A stretch of 64,000 nt of DNA from an uncultured Enterobacteriaceae bacterium (GTDB taxonomy: Bacteria > Verrucomicrobiota > Verrucomicrobiia > Opitutales > UBA953), in contig CAZWIK010000007.1 in assembly GCA_964633895.1 (NCBI GenBank), forward strand, positions 104 through 64,103, read 5' to 3'. Both the position numbers and the translations under genes were made by a program. Shown piece by piece: positions 47,538 to 57,878 of the stretch. A model generated the notes under the pieces. That model saw nothing but the letters and a program-made list of their open reading frames with translations, was not told where the DNA came from and did no database searches. How positions within the stretch are numbered: position 1 is the stretch's first letter; each line of letters opens with the position of its first letter.

Positions 47538-47933
47538 AAATTCCGTCGTCGGAATTTTCCTTTCTTCGTCCGCGCGTTTTTTGCGGAAATCGGCTTCTCT
47601 TCTCGCATTTGCGGCGGTTGTTGCAGGTTTTCGTCTCTTCCCGCGTTCGCGTGCGGCATTCCCGCGCGGAATTTTTCCGCAGATGCGGAAGACAGGTTCG
47701 TCGTCTGTAAATATTGCGGTCGCACGGCGAGTTCCGCCCGTTTTCTTTCTGCGATGGGGTCATGTCCTCAGGCCCCGTCGAAACGTCATGTGGCACTCCG
47801 CGGTCCGAATCCGACGGAGCGCCGCGTTTATATCTGCCGCTGGTGCGGCTTCAAGGCGCAGAGCGTCCGCTTGCTGACGTCGCTCCCGTGCTCATCCAAT
47901 CCGAAAGGAAAACGCCACGTTCCCGCATCGTGA
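47538..47933 (+). pseudogene. Small protein with two CxxC...C...H zinc-finger-like repeats, no in-frame start
   Basis: Frame reads VVCKYCGRTASSARFLSAMGSCPQAPSKRHV and YICRWCGFKAQSVRLLTSLPCSSNPKGKRHV. A signal-peptide-like stretch lies upstream in another frame. Confidence 0.55.
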
Positions 47934-47975
47934 CGCCGTCGCATTCTCCTTTCTCGATCTTCATAACATAACTAT

Positions 47976-50510
47976 ATGAGCCGTTTTTACAATCGAAATT
48001 TAACACCAGAAAACATTATGCCGAATCTGAACAAACTCACGCCGGAACAGGCGAAAGAATTATTCGACTGGTATTGGACCTACGGTTGCAAGCGGAAGGG
48101 CGCTTATTTGCTTTCCCGCGGCGGCTGGTTCGATAAGCTCCACAGAACGCTTTCCCGCTATTCGGACATTCGGTTTTCCGAAACGCATTTCAAGCGTCCT
48201 GCGGTCGCGATATGGGGACCGTCGCAGTCGGGAAAATCGACGTTGCTGGCGACTTTTATCGACCACGAGGACGGCGCGCTGAATTGGGCGGGAGACAATT
48301 TCAAGTTCGTCGCCAGCGAGGGCAAAAGGCTGAATCCGAATAACCGCGGGAGTGACGCGTCCGGATGCGTTACCCGCTACGTGATGCGCAATTCCGTTCT
48401 GCATGAGGACGCTCCTGCCGAGATTCAGTTCGCGCGGGAACGCGACGTTTTCATGTCGCTTGCCTTCGGATATCTTTCCGAGATGGAGGGAATTGATAAA
48501 GACGGACGCCAGAAGTATTTCGACGCGGAAAGTCTGCGGAAGCTACTTGAAGACGCGAAGGGCGGCAGGTCGAATTTTTCGCCGAAGAAAGAATTTTTCC
48601 CGATGCTGGCCGCGGTCGCCGACGTGCTGGAAGCGCTGATTAAGGCGAAACAGGAGCGTTATTCCAATCTCGGAGGAAATCAGTGGGCGGTCTTGCGCAA
48701 CGATATATTCAACTGCGATGCGCTTCTTGAGAGCGAAGATTCCGTGATGAACTTCGCGGCGGAAGTGTTTTGGGACGGCTGGGAAAGCCTCACGGACATC
48801 TGCTGGGATCTTTTGGGAAAACTGAAAGAAATCACGCGCAGGTTTTCGGGAAAGAAGGTTTTCTGTTCGTTGGATCTCGCTTCAATCCTTTTGGATATCG
48901 CGGCGGCGGAAAATGCCGAAAGCAAAGAAAAAATCGCCGACTTCGGCATTGACGAAACCGCTGCAGACGCTGTCGTCATCGGAAGGGGACACGGCGCGTT
49001 CTCAGACGAAAACGATTTTGCCTTGACGCAGGCGCTCGTCGCCGTGCTGGTGATTCCTCTGCGGGACCGCGTCATCGAGAAAGCGAATCCCGCGCTCTTC
49101 GAATTGCTGAAGATTGCGGACATCGTCGATTTTCCGGGCATCGCCAACGAAGAGCGAGGCGTTCGGGGAACGCAGCTGAACAATGAAATTCTGAAAGCGA
49201 ACCGACTTTTGGGGCTGACCAAGGTGCTCAAGCGCGGGAAGACGGCATCCATCGTCATCGGCTATTCCCGCAATCTCGATATTGATGTTTTCGCGTTGCT
49301 GATGCGCATGAATAAATATCCGCCGAAGCCGGATCAGCTGAATGCGGGCATCGCTTCGTGGTTCGCCGAAATGCTACAGAAGGATTTTAGCGAGAGAACC
49401 GCGGCGGAACTTCCGATAAACATCGTCCAGACGTTCGCTTCGGAGCTGGTGAATTCGGTCCGTCAGACGGCGATTAACAAAAAAGGTTTGCGCGAAATAT
49501 TTGAAAAGAACGACAGACTCGGAGCGCTCTGCAAGCCTGGCTGCGTAAAGTATTTCGCCGTCAATTATCCTCAATTTAAACCGGAATGCGATATTTCAGC
49601 GGAAGGTGAGGAACTGGGGAGAATCATCGAAAAAATCGAAAACGACGGCACTTTTTCGGAGCATTACGCGGGAACGTCCGAGTCTTTGCGCCAGATGTGC
49701 GGGCTCAGCGGTCCCGGCGGGAACGACGGCGGTCGCACGTATCTTTTCGAATATCTCCTCAAACAGGTGAAGAGTTCCACACGGCAGAATCTGCTCGACC
49801 GGAAAAAGCGGGCTCTCGGTGACGATTTTTCGTCCGTAATTGAAGAAGCCATACCTGCAGACGGAGACGAAAATGCTCGACGGAGAGAAGATATTCAGCG
49901 GGTCTACGATGGCATCGTGAAGCGCGCGGCATGGGACCATGAAATCATTTCTCGGGAGATTCTCCGCTTTTCGAATATTCGTCCGGAAGACCTGGCACCC
50001 GTTCCCGTCGGCGTTTCCGAAGATGTTTTCCACAAATACAGCGAAGATGTCCTTGACAAGGTGAAGTTCTCGCTTACGCAGTCCCGACTCGGGACCGCCG
50101 TAGGCGTCGAGGAAGAATTCATCGGTAGCAGAATCGCCGCTTATTTCATGGACGGAATCTCTTCACGGGAACTGAAAAAATGGATTTGCAAAAATCTGTC
50201 GGTGTTGGCGCAGAGCGACACCGATGACTGGAAAGCCGCCGCAAGACGCCCTCTCGCGCTTCACTTAGCGGCGCAGCTTTTGAGACGCGGAAAAGACGAA
50301 CGGCATCGTGACGATGCTCAGGATTACTTCAGCCGCGTCTCAGAAAAAGCCGACGAGGACATAGATTATCGGTACTCTCCGGACTATGTTTCCGTAATTG
50401 CTCCGTTCCTGAAAACGCTGAAAAACATAGCGCAGGAAAGCACAAATTCTCGCGGGTGTCAGGAAGGCGACAACGAGCTTCGCGCCATCATCAATTCATT
50501 AAACGATTAA
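47976..50510 (+). CDS. srfC: SrfC-like (virulence factor family) large P-loop GTPase/dynamin-like protein
   Basis: WGPSQSGKST (G1), NPNNRGSDASGCVTRY (G2), VDFPG (G3) and KRGK, resembling SrfC motifs. Confidence 0.8.
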   Translation: MSRFYNRNLTPENIMPNLNKLTPEQAKELFDWYWTYGCKRKGAYLLSRGGWFDKLHRTLSRYSDIRFSETHFKRPAVAIWGPSQSGKSTLLATFIDHEDGALNWAGDNFKFVASEGKRLNPNNRGSDASGCVTRYVMRNSVLHEDAPAEIQFARERDVFMSLAFGYLSEMEGIDKDGRQKYFDAESLRKLLEDAKGGRSNFSPKKEFFPMLAAVADVLEALIKAKQERYSNLGGNQWAVLRNDIFNCDALLESEDSVMNFAAEVFWDGWESLTDICWDLLGKLKEITRRFSGKKVFCSLDLASILLDIAAAENAESKEKIADFGIDETAADAVVIGRGHGAFSDENDFALTQALVAVLVIPLRDRVIEKANPALFELLKIADIVDFPGIANEERGVRGTQLNNEILKANRLLGLTKVLKRGKTASIVIGYSRNLDIDVFALLMRMNKYPPKPDQLNAGIASWFAEMLQKDFSERTAAELPINIVQTFASELVNSVRQTAINKKGLREIFEKNDRLGALCKPGCVKYFAVNYPQFKPECDISAEGEELGRIIEKIENDGTFSEHYAGTSESLRQMCGLSGPGGNDGGRTYLFEYLLKQVKSSTRQNLLDRKKRALGDDFSSVIEEAIPADGDENARRREDIQRVYDGIVKRAAWDHEIISREILRFSNIRPEDLAPVPVGVSEDVFHKYSEDVLDKVKFSLTQSRLGTAVGVEEEFIGSRIAAYFMDGISSRELKKWICKNLSVLAQSDTDDWKAAARRPLALHLAAQLLRRGKDERHRDDAQDYFSRVSEKADEDIDYRYSPDYVSVIAPFLKTLKNIAQESTNSRGCQEGDNELRAIINSLND

Positions 50511-50526
50511 CCGGAAAGTTCGCATT

Positions 50527-53244
50527 ATGTCAGAAGAAACAGAAGAAATCAAATTCAATTTGTTTCCCGATACAGGGCATCATTACCTGTTCATTCCCTT
50601 GAAAGACAGAGGTCTCGCACAAGCACAGGCGGAGAGTAAGGTGTGGCACTGGATCGATTCGTATCCGTGGCTTCTTTGGCGTAGCGGCGAGAAGAACGGC
50701 GAGTCCGGCATATGGTTGTGCGCAGAAACGAATCAGGGAACGACGGCAAGAGCCGTTTTTTCCAAGGACGGCGAGCACGGAGACGGAAATCCGCCGGAAG
50801 AATCGAAATCTCCGTATGTCGCGGAATCGTCTTCGGGCTCGCTGGGAAATAAACGGTTCAGCCTGCCAGTCGACACGGACAAGAAAATACGGATTGAATG
50901 GCAAAAAGCAGGAGGAAAAGATCCGCTGGACGTGGACTTGATCGTCGATTTCGGGAACACGCGGACAACCGTGTTGGCATTGGAACATAAGCAAGAGAAA
51001 GGACGGACGGATCTGGTCGACTGTTGCAAATCCGTTTTGTTTTTGCGGCGCGGAGAAGAATTCGACGGCGAAAGCCTTAAGGAACGGAACAACGAGGATT
51101 CTTCCCGAAAGATTGTCGATTCCTGGTTTGTGCTGAGAGAACCGGAGTTCTCGGAACAGGAAACGCGATATGAGATTTCCCGCTATGAGACGGGAATGGA
51201 AACGCGCAAGGCGAAATTTTTCGGGAAGAAGAACGTCCCAGTTTGGCAGGAGAAGAAATATACGGCTCAGATGTTCGTCGAGGTTTCGCCGACGGTAATG
51301 GGATCGGAGTGCGAAGAGCGGCTTCGCCAGTCGAATTTGGGAAAGGGGGAATTTTTTACGATGAGTTCTCCCAAGCGCTTTCTGTGGGACAACGAAGTCG
51401 GCGCGGTCGGACGCGAAGGCAACATGGAATGGGGAATGCTTTCTCGCCGATCGGACGCGGACGTGAAGACACTTTCGGGAACGATTTGCCGCTACACTTA
51501 CGAGAACGGACGCGACTGGGAAATCGACAACCCGCCATTCATGGACAAAAACGACCGTCCGACGAGCAATCCGAAGTATCCGGGATTTCCGCGGCGAGAG
51601 GCCATGGTTTGGGCGGCGCTGAACATCCTTGAAACCGCTTTTCGCGAAATCACGTCGTTCAAGTGGCGGGAACGCGATGTGCAGGGGATTGTCCGCAGGG
51701 TGAAGACCGTTTCCCTGACGTTCCCGTCCGGCTGGGTCGCGGACGAAATGCGCGCCTATGAGCGGGCGTGGAAACGCGCGGCGGATATTTTCGCGCTCTC
51801 TCATTTCGCGAACCCGAAGGCGGATCGTCCGGAAGTCAAAATGGAAGTCGACGAAGCGGTCGCGTCTCAGCTGCCTTTCGTTTATTCCGAAATCAGACGG
51901 CTCGGCGGGGACGTTTCCGCCTGGATTCGCCTTTTCGGCAAAGGCGAATCCGCGCGCGTGATGACCATCGATGTCGGAGGCGGCACGATGGACGTGTCCG
52001 TCGTGGAATATCGCGACCATTGTGCCGATGCCGGAATTTCCGGGGCCCATTTAGAATACAAGCTTCTTTTTCGCGACTGCAACACCAACGCCGGAGACAA
52101 TGCCGTCAAGCGCATTATCGAGAAGTTGCTTCTGCCGGGGATTTTCAACTGCTGCGATCGTCTTCAGGGCGACGACGTCGACGGGAATAGGCGAAAATTC
52201 AAGGGACTTTTCGGAAAGTCGCCGTCGGAAGCGGCGGACAGGGCGATACGTTCCCGCATCGCGAAACTTGTGTTCGTTCCCGTTGTCCGCAGGTGGCTGG
52301 GGTGCCTGTGTTCGGGAAACACGCGCGGCATTACCACCGGCGACGACGGCAGGCCGATGAGCATCGAAGATCTAATCGGAGAAGTCGGGCGCGATGCGCT
52401 TGTTGATTTGGAGCGTTTGCTGGGAGAGACGTTCGGCGGAGATACGACGAAACTGGTGCTGGATACGACGAGACCGATTTCGTTTGACGCTGAAACCGCG
52501 AAAAAGTGCATCCGCGACGTGCTTGACCGAGGAATCACGCCGATTGCAAAAATCATTGCTGCGCTGGACGTGGATATCGTTACGGTCAGCGGAAAAATTA
52601 CGGAAATTCCGGATATCCGCGACATGCTTCAGGAACGTCTGCCCGTTCCCGGGCAGCGGATCGTTACGATGAAGAACTACATGGCGGGGAACTGGTATCC
52701 GATGTCGCAAGAAGGGCGCATCGCCGACGCGAAAACCGTTACGGTCGTCGGCGCTGCGCTGCTACGCGCGATTCGAAACGGACTTATCGACGGATGGACG
52801 ATCAAAAGCGACGGCGATTTGCGCCCGCCACCGAATTATTGGGGCGTGCTTCCGGCAAGCGAACGCGGCGGATTTCAAGGAGATAAAAAAATCATTACGC
52901 CGACAACGAACGCAAGCGAAGATTGGTTTCGGATTCGTATCGGAAGCCGAATCGGGCGCCTCTCCGTTCCGTCCCGCATTTCGCGTCCCGAACAGGTTTA
53001 CGAGCTACGCTGGACCGATTTTGAACGCAGAAAGCAAGGCAATAAGACGATGACGATTATTGAGGCAAAATTCAGAAGGGAGATTTCTCCGCAGGGAGAA
53101 TCTCTGGTTCTGACGGAGGTTCGCGGGCTAGAAGGGGAACCGCGCGTCGATTTGGGCGACGTGGAGCTTAAACTTTGCACGATGGAACGTGAGAGGTTTT
53201 GGCTGGACGAAGGATGCTTCAATGTTCGGTTTGAAGAAAACTGA
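50527..53244 (+). CDS. srfB: SrfB-like Hsp70/actin-fold ATPase
   Basis: VDLIVDFGNTRT, SSPKRFLWD, LTFP, DEAVASQ, IDVGGGTMD and AKTVTVVGA. Confidence 0.85.
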   Translation: MSEETEEIKFNLFPDTGHHYLFIPLKDRGLAQAQAESKVWHWIDSYPWLLWRSGEKNGESGIWLCAETNQGTTARAVFSKDGEHGDGNPPEESKSPYVAESSSGSLGNKRFSLPVDTDKKIRIEWQKAGGKDPLDVDLIVDFGNTRTTVLALEHKQEKGRTDLVDCCKSVLFLRRGEEFDGESLKERNNEDSSRKIVDSWFVLREPEFSEQETRYEISRYETGMETRKAKFFGKKNVPVWQEKKYTAQMFVEVSPTVMGSECEERLRQSNLGKGEFFTMSSPKRFLWDNEVGAVGREGNMEWGMLSRRSDADVKTLSGTICRYTYENGRDWEIDNPPFMDKNDRPTSNPKYPGFPRREAMVWAALNILETAFREITSFKWRERDVQGIVRRVKTVSLTFPSGWVADEMRAYERAWKRAADIFALSHFANPKADRPEVKMEVDEAVASQLPFVYSEIRRLGGDVSAWIRLFGKGESARVMTIDVGGGTMDVSVVEYRDHCADAGISGAHLEYKLLFRDCNTNAGDNAVKRIIEKLLLPGIFNCCDRLQGDDVDGNRRKFKGLFGKSPSEAADRAIRSRIAKLVFVPVVRRWLGCLCSGNTRGITTGDDGRPMSIEDLIGEVGRDALVDLERLLGETFGGDTTKLVLDTTRPISFDAETAKKCIRDVLDRGITPIAKIIAALDVDIVTVSGKITEIPDIRDMLQERLPVPGQRIVTMKNYMAGNWYPMSQEGRIADAKTVTVVGAALLRAIRNGLIDGWTIKSDGDLRPPPNYWGVLPASERGGFQGDKKIITPTTNASEDWFRIRIGSRIGRLSVPSRISRPEQVYELRWTDFERRKQGNKTMTIIEAKFRREISPQGESLVLTEVRGLEGEPRVDLGDVELKLCTMERERFWLDEGCFNVRFEEN

Positions 53245-53274
53245 AATCCGGGAAAATTAACGAAACGAAAAAAT

Positions 53275-54345
53275 ATGGGAGAAAGTATAATGATTTTCGT
53301 GGATCGTCACTGGCGCGAGCTTTGCGTCGTCGGCGTAATCCTAATCCTAATCCTAATCGTGCTTCTTCGGTATTTGTGGCGCAAGGAACGCGACGGTCGG
53401 GGTGCGGAAAAGCCCGTTCCCGCAGAGCAGGATCGCATGAACGACGGTCTTTTTTCCGACGACACTCCTGACGACGAACGAGCGTCAGAAATTGACGCCC
53501 TTCGTCGGCGAAATGAAGAGCTTCTTCAAGAAAATGAAAACCTTTGTCAGCGAATTAAGCAGAAGGATGCAATCTTGGGAAAGAACCAGAGCCAAGTCGA
53601 CCAGGAAAAACAAACGGCGGTAGCTGAGGCGGAAGAGCGGGTTCGCAAGGAATACGAGAAGAAGCTGAGTGACCGGGAGACGGAGCTTCTGGCGAAGTAT
53701 CGGGCGCGGCTGCAAGGGAAAGAGCAGGAATTCGCATCGGAAAAACGCCGCATGGAAGACGAAAAGCGTTCGCTGATCAAGCGATACGAAGAAGAGTCTG
53801 CACGGAAAGACGAGGAACTTGCGCTCCGTGCAAAGGAGAGTGCCGAAATGCTTTCCCGTTTTTGGCCGAATCCCACCGACGGGAACGCGGATCTGACTCC
53901 GGTGTTCCGTGCCTGGGTCACGGAGATGCGTGACGCGGAAACGGTTTCCGCTCCGGTGATGGGAATGCTCTCGCAGTTGTTCTGCTGGAAATCCGCCGTT
54001 GCCGACGGTGCGCTGAAACGGCAGTATGACGCGCTTGCCGAATTCAGCCGAAACTTCATCAAATGGTGTGCGTCGCAGAACAAATCGACGGAGGAAACGT
54101 GGGAACTGGCGGATAAGTTTGCCGCGGCGTTCAACGAAAACGTCTTCCCGAAAGCGGAAATCGCCTCGGAAAAGAGATACAGGGTTTTCGTTCCGGAAAT
54201 TTCTTCCGCCTACAACGCAAGGCAGATGTTCCCGAGTTTCCGCGGAGAAAAAGCGGGAAGCGTTTCTAAAATCGAGTCTTGGGGCATTGTCGAAACCGGA
54301 AAGTCCGCGACGGTTCAAAAGCGTGCGGACGTCGTATTGAAATAG
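53275..54345 (+). CDS. TM-anchored coiled-coil protein with GrpE-like C-terminal head
   Basis: N-terminal TM, long charged coiled coil, then FVPEISSAYNARQM...GSVSKIESWGI...QKRADVVLK, which parallels the GrpE beta-domain pattern. Confidence 0.55.
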   Translation: MGESIMIFVDRHWRELCVVGVILILILIVLLRYLWRKERDGRGAEKPVPAEQDRMNDGLFSDDTPDDERASEIDALRRRNEELLQENENLCQRIKQKDAILGKNQSQVDQEKQTAVAEAEERVRKEYEKKLSDRETELLAKYRARLQGKEQEFASEKRRMEDEKRSLIKRYEEESARKDEELALRAKESAEMLSRFWPNPTDGNADLTPVFRAWVTEMRDAETVSAPVMGMLSQLFCWKSAVADGALKRQYDALAEFSRNFIKWCASQNKSTEETWELADKFAAAFNENVFPKAEIASEKRYRVFVPEISSAYNARQMFPSFRGEKAGSVSKIESWGIVETGKSATVQKRADVVLK

Positions 54346-54361
54346 CACAAAAGGCTTCGTT

Positions 54362-55759
54362 ATGGGCGAATACGTTTTAAAATTCGTTAAGACGGGAAAA
54401 CAACCCGACAGCATCCCCGGCATCGAAATCAAATATAGTCCGGAAAATCTGTTTTACATCGACCAGATCAAGGGCAGGGCGTTTTGGGACGATGCGGACA
54501 CGCGGCGGATAATGTCCGAGCGTTTCAAGCGTTATATGGCGAGCATGGAGCCGCTGGACGGGAACCGCGTTCGCGCGCGTCTGTTCTGCGGAAAGACGGA
54601 AGTGCTCTCATGCAGTTTTCCGTATTCGACGCACGGGAAAAAACTCTCGAAACAGGAACTCGACGGATACGCTGCTCGCTTGGAAAAACTCGGGGAACTC
54701 GGACGTTCTCCCGATGCGAGCGAGCGGATGAGCGATATTTCAAACCGTTTTCCCGTCGCGGATCCGAAGGAGGATCCCGAACTCTTTCGCGTTTACAAAT
54801 ACGACGGAGAATGGCGGCTTGCGGTAATCTGGGGGCTGACGGGAACGACGGGCGAAAAAATCGCGTCGGTGGGAACGCACCGCCTGCCGGTGAGCGGAGA
54901 TCGCCGTTCTTGGGCGAAGCTGCTGATTCTGCTACTGTCACTGCTACTGTCGCTGCTGTTGGCGGCGTTGATCGGACTGCTGTGCTGGCATTATTTCGGA
55001 AAGGAAAAAGTCGGCGGCGACGACGCCGTAATCGCCGTCGAAGACGAAAGATCCGGTCTGCGTCTGGAACGTGGCGAAGCGCGGCTTCTGCCGGACGGAA
55101 AATATGAAATGCCCGCGCGCTTCTGCGTCGGAGAAAAAGCGCGGCGTCCGCGGGCGTTCTGCGACGGAGAGGAGATTACAATCGCACCTGTCGGACCGAC
55201 GGAAAAGTTTCTGACGCTTTCCGCGGGAGAACATGTTCTGGAGCTGCGGGAAGACGCGTTTCTGCCGCCGCCGAAGGAATTGTCCCTGCGCTTCACGCGT
55301 CCGTCCCCGTCCGCCTCTCACGACGGGGACATGAGGGGAAGTCAGACTGCGTCTGCGCCTTCAGCCCGAACGGACATATCCTCTGCGGGAACGCGACCTG
55401 TCGAATCTGAAAACGGCGGTTCGGTCGGCGACGATTCCGCTTTCGGGGGCGAAGATATTCGAGCCGTCGCTGAGGGTAAGCCGCCTCAAAAACTCTCATC
55501 TTCCCAAGCGTATAAGCTCGACTACAATTATACGTCAGGCGGCGATTCCGAATTCGGAACGGTCGAGATTCGGGTCAAACAAAAGCCGTTCGGAACGAAA
55601 CTGCGTTCCGTGGTTTATAACGGAGTGCCTGCCGAGCGCGTCGGCGACGATTGCTTCTGTATCCGAGGCATTTCCGCAGATGCCGGGATAACGGAGGCTC
55701 GGTGTGAATTCAGCGACGGGTCCAGCATCGTGTGCGATTTCAAGGAAGTCTTAAAATGA
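54362..55759 (+). CDS. SrfA-like membrane protein
   Basis: FPVADP..PELFRVYKYDGEWRLAVIWGL resembles the SrfA N-domain end; then a Leu-rich TM and an extracytoplasmic low-complexity/beta region; located next to srfB/srfC. Confidence 0.6.
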   Translation: MGEYVLKFVKTGKQPDSIPGIEIKYSPENLFYIDQIKGRAFWDDADTRRIMSERFKRYMASMEPLDGNRVRARLFCGKTEVLSCSFPYSTHGKKLSKQELDGYAARLEKLGELGRSPDASERMSDISNRFPVADPKEDPELFRVYKYDGEWRLAVIWGLTGTTGEKIASVGTHRLPVSGDRRSWAKLLILLLSLLLSLLLAALIGLLCWHYFGKEKVGGDDAVIAVEDERSGLRLERGEARLLPDGKYEMPARFCVGEKARRPRAFCDGEEITIAPVGPTEKFLTLSAGEHVLELREDAFLPPPKELSLRFTRPSPSASHDGDMRGSQTASAPSARTDISSAGTRPVESENGGSVGDDSAFGGEDIRAVAEGKPPQKLSSSQAYKLDYNYTSGGDSEFGTVEIRVKQKPFGTKLRSVVYNGVPAERVGDDCFCIRGISADAGITEARCEFSDGSSIVCDFKEVLK

Positions 55760-56118
55760 AAAAAAGAATGTTCATTTTCCTGTCGTCTCTGTGCATGGCG
55801 AGCGGATGCGCGGACTGATTTCTGCCCGAACCGTGCGCGCCTTATGTGCGAGCGGCATACGAAAAAGCGAAAACGGGAGACAAATCCGCGCAATACGAGT
55901 TGGGAAGCTATCTGCAGCGCGGGGACGGCGTGCCCGAACCCGATGCTTCCGGTGCGGTTTATTGGTATGAAAAATCTTCCGCTCAGGGCTACGTTCCCGC
56001 GAAAAACAATCTCGCAAATCTTTACCTTTCCGGCGACGAGAGCGTCCGCGACGAGGAACGGGGACGGGAACTGCTCTACGCGACGGAAAACGCAGGCGAA
56101 CTTGAAAACGAAAACTGA
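55756..56118 (+). pseudogene. Sel1-repeat lipoprotein interrupted by in-frame TGA
   Basis: MKKRMFIFLSSLCMASGCAD*FLPEP...AQYELG..AVYWYEKSSAQG; TGA at 55816-55818; ATGA overlap with the upstream stop. Confidence 0.7.
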
Positions 56119-56138
56119 ATCCTGAAAAAAATCAAATC

Positions 56139-57878
56139 ATGGCAAGAATCTGCATTCTTGGAATCAAAAGCGCGGGAAAGACGGTCTTCATCTCCGTTTT
56201 GGCGAATCGTTATCGCGAAATCAGAGACGGAAAACCGTATATGGAATTCAAAAACGTTCGGACGAACCGATACGTTTCCGAAATTTGGGATAAGCTGACG
56301 CGGGAACGCATGTGGCCGGATTCCACGCCTCCGGGCGAACGGCTGGTTTTGCAATGGGGACTACATGCGCCGGATGGGCAGGAGCATTTTATGAAAGTGC
56401 TCGACGCTCCCGGGCAGGACGTCGCGGCTATTTTTTCCGAAGCGGAGAGCCTTTCACCTTCGCAGAAAATTCTCGCCGAAAACATAAAGGAATCCGACTG
56501 TATCGTTTTTCTCATCAATCTACGGGAAATCATTCAGGCGGAATCGGCGAAAGCGGCGAAAGATCGCTCCGATTACGAGAACCCGATCGTCATCGCGATA
56601 ACAAAACTGCTGGCGCGCCGCGTGCGTGTGGCGATTCTCCTGTCTCAGCATGACCGTCTGAAAAACTATCTCCGCGAAGAGAAAAACTTTTTCTGCGACA
56701 GCGAAGAAGAAGGCAAAGAGCGGACGCTTGCGAGCGAGACGGCGGGAACACCACCGGCGATAGACGTGCTGAAACGCTTCCTGCCCTCCGCCTACGGCGC
56801 GTTGAAAGATCGCCTCGCGCGGAAAGATTCCGGCGTCTATGTCGACTTCGTTTCCGCCGTCGCAGACACGGAACTGGTCGCGGACGAGACCAGTGGGAAA
56901 ATGCTGAGCCGTCCCTGCGAGAATTTCGGATCTTACGGGCTGGACGAAGCCGTGGCGTGGATGGTGAATTCGCTTTCTTCGGCGCATCGGGATCGCGTCG
57001 ATGAACAGTTCGCCCGCGTGAAAGAGTCGCGCGTTCGGCGGGCGGTTATTTTCTTTTTGATTGCGGCGGTTTGCGCGAGAGCGGCGATGATTGCTCCACA
57101 GATGCTTGAAGATCACATGAAAAAGAGTGCGAAGACAGAATTCGATCTTATTCTTGAAGAGGATGAAGCGGTATTGAAGCGCGAGATGTCTGAAAATAAA
57201 AAGAAGGATGATCAGATTTCCGCTGAGCGGGAAAAGCTGAAAGGCTATTTAGACAAGGAATATACCTGGAGGATCGTAGACGGGAGAGAATACTCGTGGC
57301 GGATTTACGGCGATAGTGATACGCGTTTTCTTCAGAAAGATGATGTGTATTTAAAAAACCTGTCGGAAGAGACCTGGGTGAACGCAAAAATGGAAATCAC
57401 CCCTAACTCTTCCAGCGAGGAACCGTTTACGCTGAATTTTGGAAATGTCGCTCCAGGGGAAGAGGTCATGAGGCCTTACGTGTGCAATTTCCACGAAATG
57501 GGCGGTAAAGTATCTCTTAAAATCGAGGTGCGCGATTACAAGAAAGAGAAAGAAAACAAGGAGCGTTTTTCCGCGGAAAATAAAAAGCTGGATGAAAGAA
57601 AACTCGCGCTTGCGCAGGACCTCAAGCAGGCACACGCGCGGAAAGAAGATAGCGACTCCAAAGCCGAACGGCAAGAAGCGCAGGCGATCGAAGACGCCGC
57701 GAACAGGGCGAAATATGTCAAAATCGCCGGCATCGTCGCCGCCGCGTTATTCCTTTTCTGCGCGCTGGTCGATCTCGCGACTTTGCCGTTCGAGCAGGCG
57801 CGCATTCGTCGCCGCGAGAAAAAAAATCAGGACGCATCAGACTTTTCATCGATACAACAGAGAGAGGAACAGCTATGA
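56139..57878 (+). CDS. TRAFAC-class GTPase (double-GTPase-system-like) with TM-extracytoplasmic domain-TM tail
   Basis: ILGIKSAGKT (G1), DSTPP (G2), LDAPGQ (G3) and atypical G4 SQHD; two hydrophobic helices flank a coiled-coil/beta insert. Confidence 0.75.
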   Translation: MARICILGIKSAGKTVFISVLANRYREIRDGKPYMEFKNVRTNRYVSEIWDKLTRERMWPDSTPPGERLVLQWGLHAPDGQEHFMKVLDAPGQDVAAIFSEAESLSPSQKILAENIKESDCIVFLINLREIIQAESAKAAKDRSDYENPIVIAITKLLARRVRVAILLSQHDRLKNYLREEKNFFCDSEEEGKERTLASETAGTPPAIDVLKRFLPSAYGALKDRLARKDSGVYVDFVSAVADTELVADETSGKMLSRPCENFGSYGLDEAVAWMVNSLSSAHRDRVDEQFARVKESRVRRAVIFFLIAAVCARAAMIAPQMLEDHMKKSAKTEFDLILEEDEAVLKREMSENKKKDDQISAEREKLKGYLDKEYTWRIVDGREYSWRIYGDSDTRFLQKDDVYLKNLSEETWVNAKMEITPNSSSEEPFTLNFGNVAPGEEVMRPYVCNFHEMGGKVSLKIEVRDYKKEKENKERFSAENKKLDERKLALAQDLKQAHARKEDSDSKAERQEAQAIEDAANRAKYVKIAGIVAAALFLFCALVDLATLPFEQARIRRREKKNQDASDFSSIQQREEQL

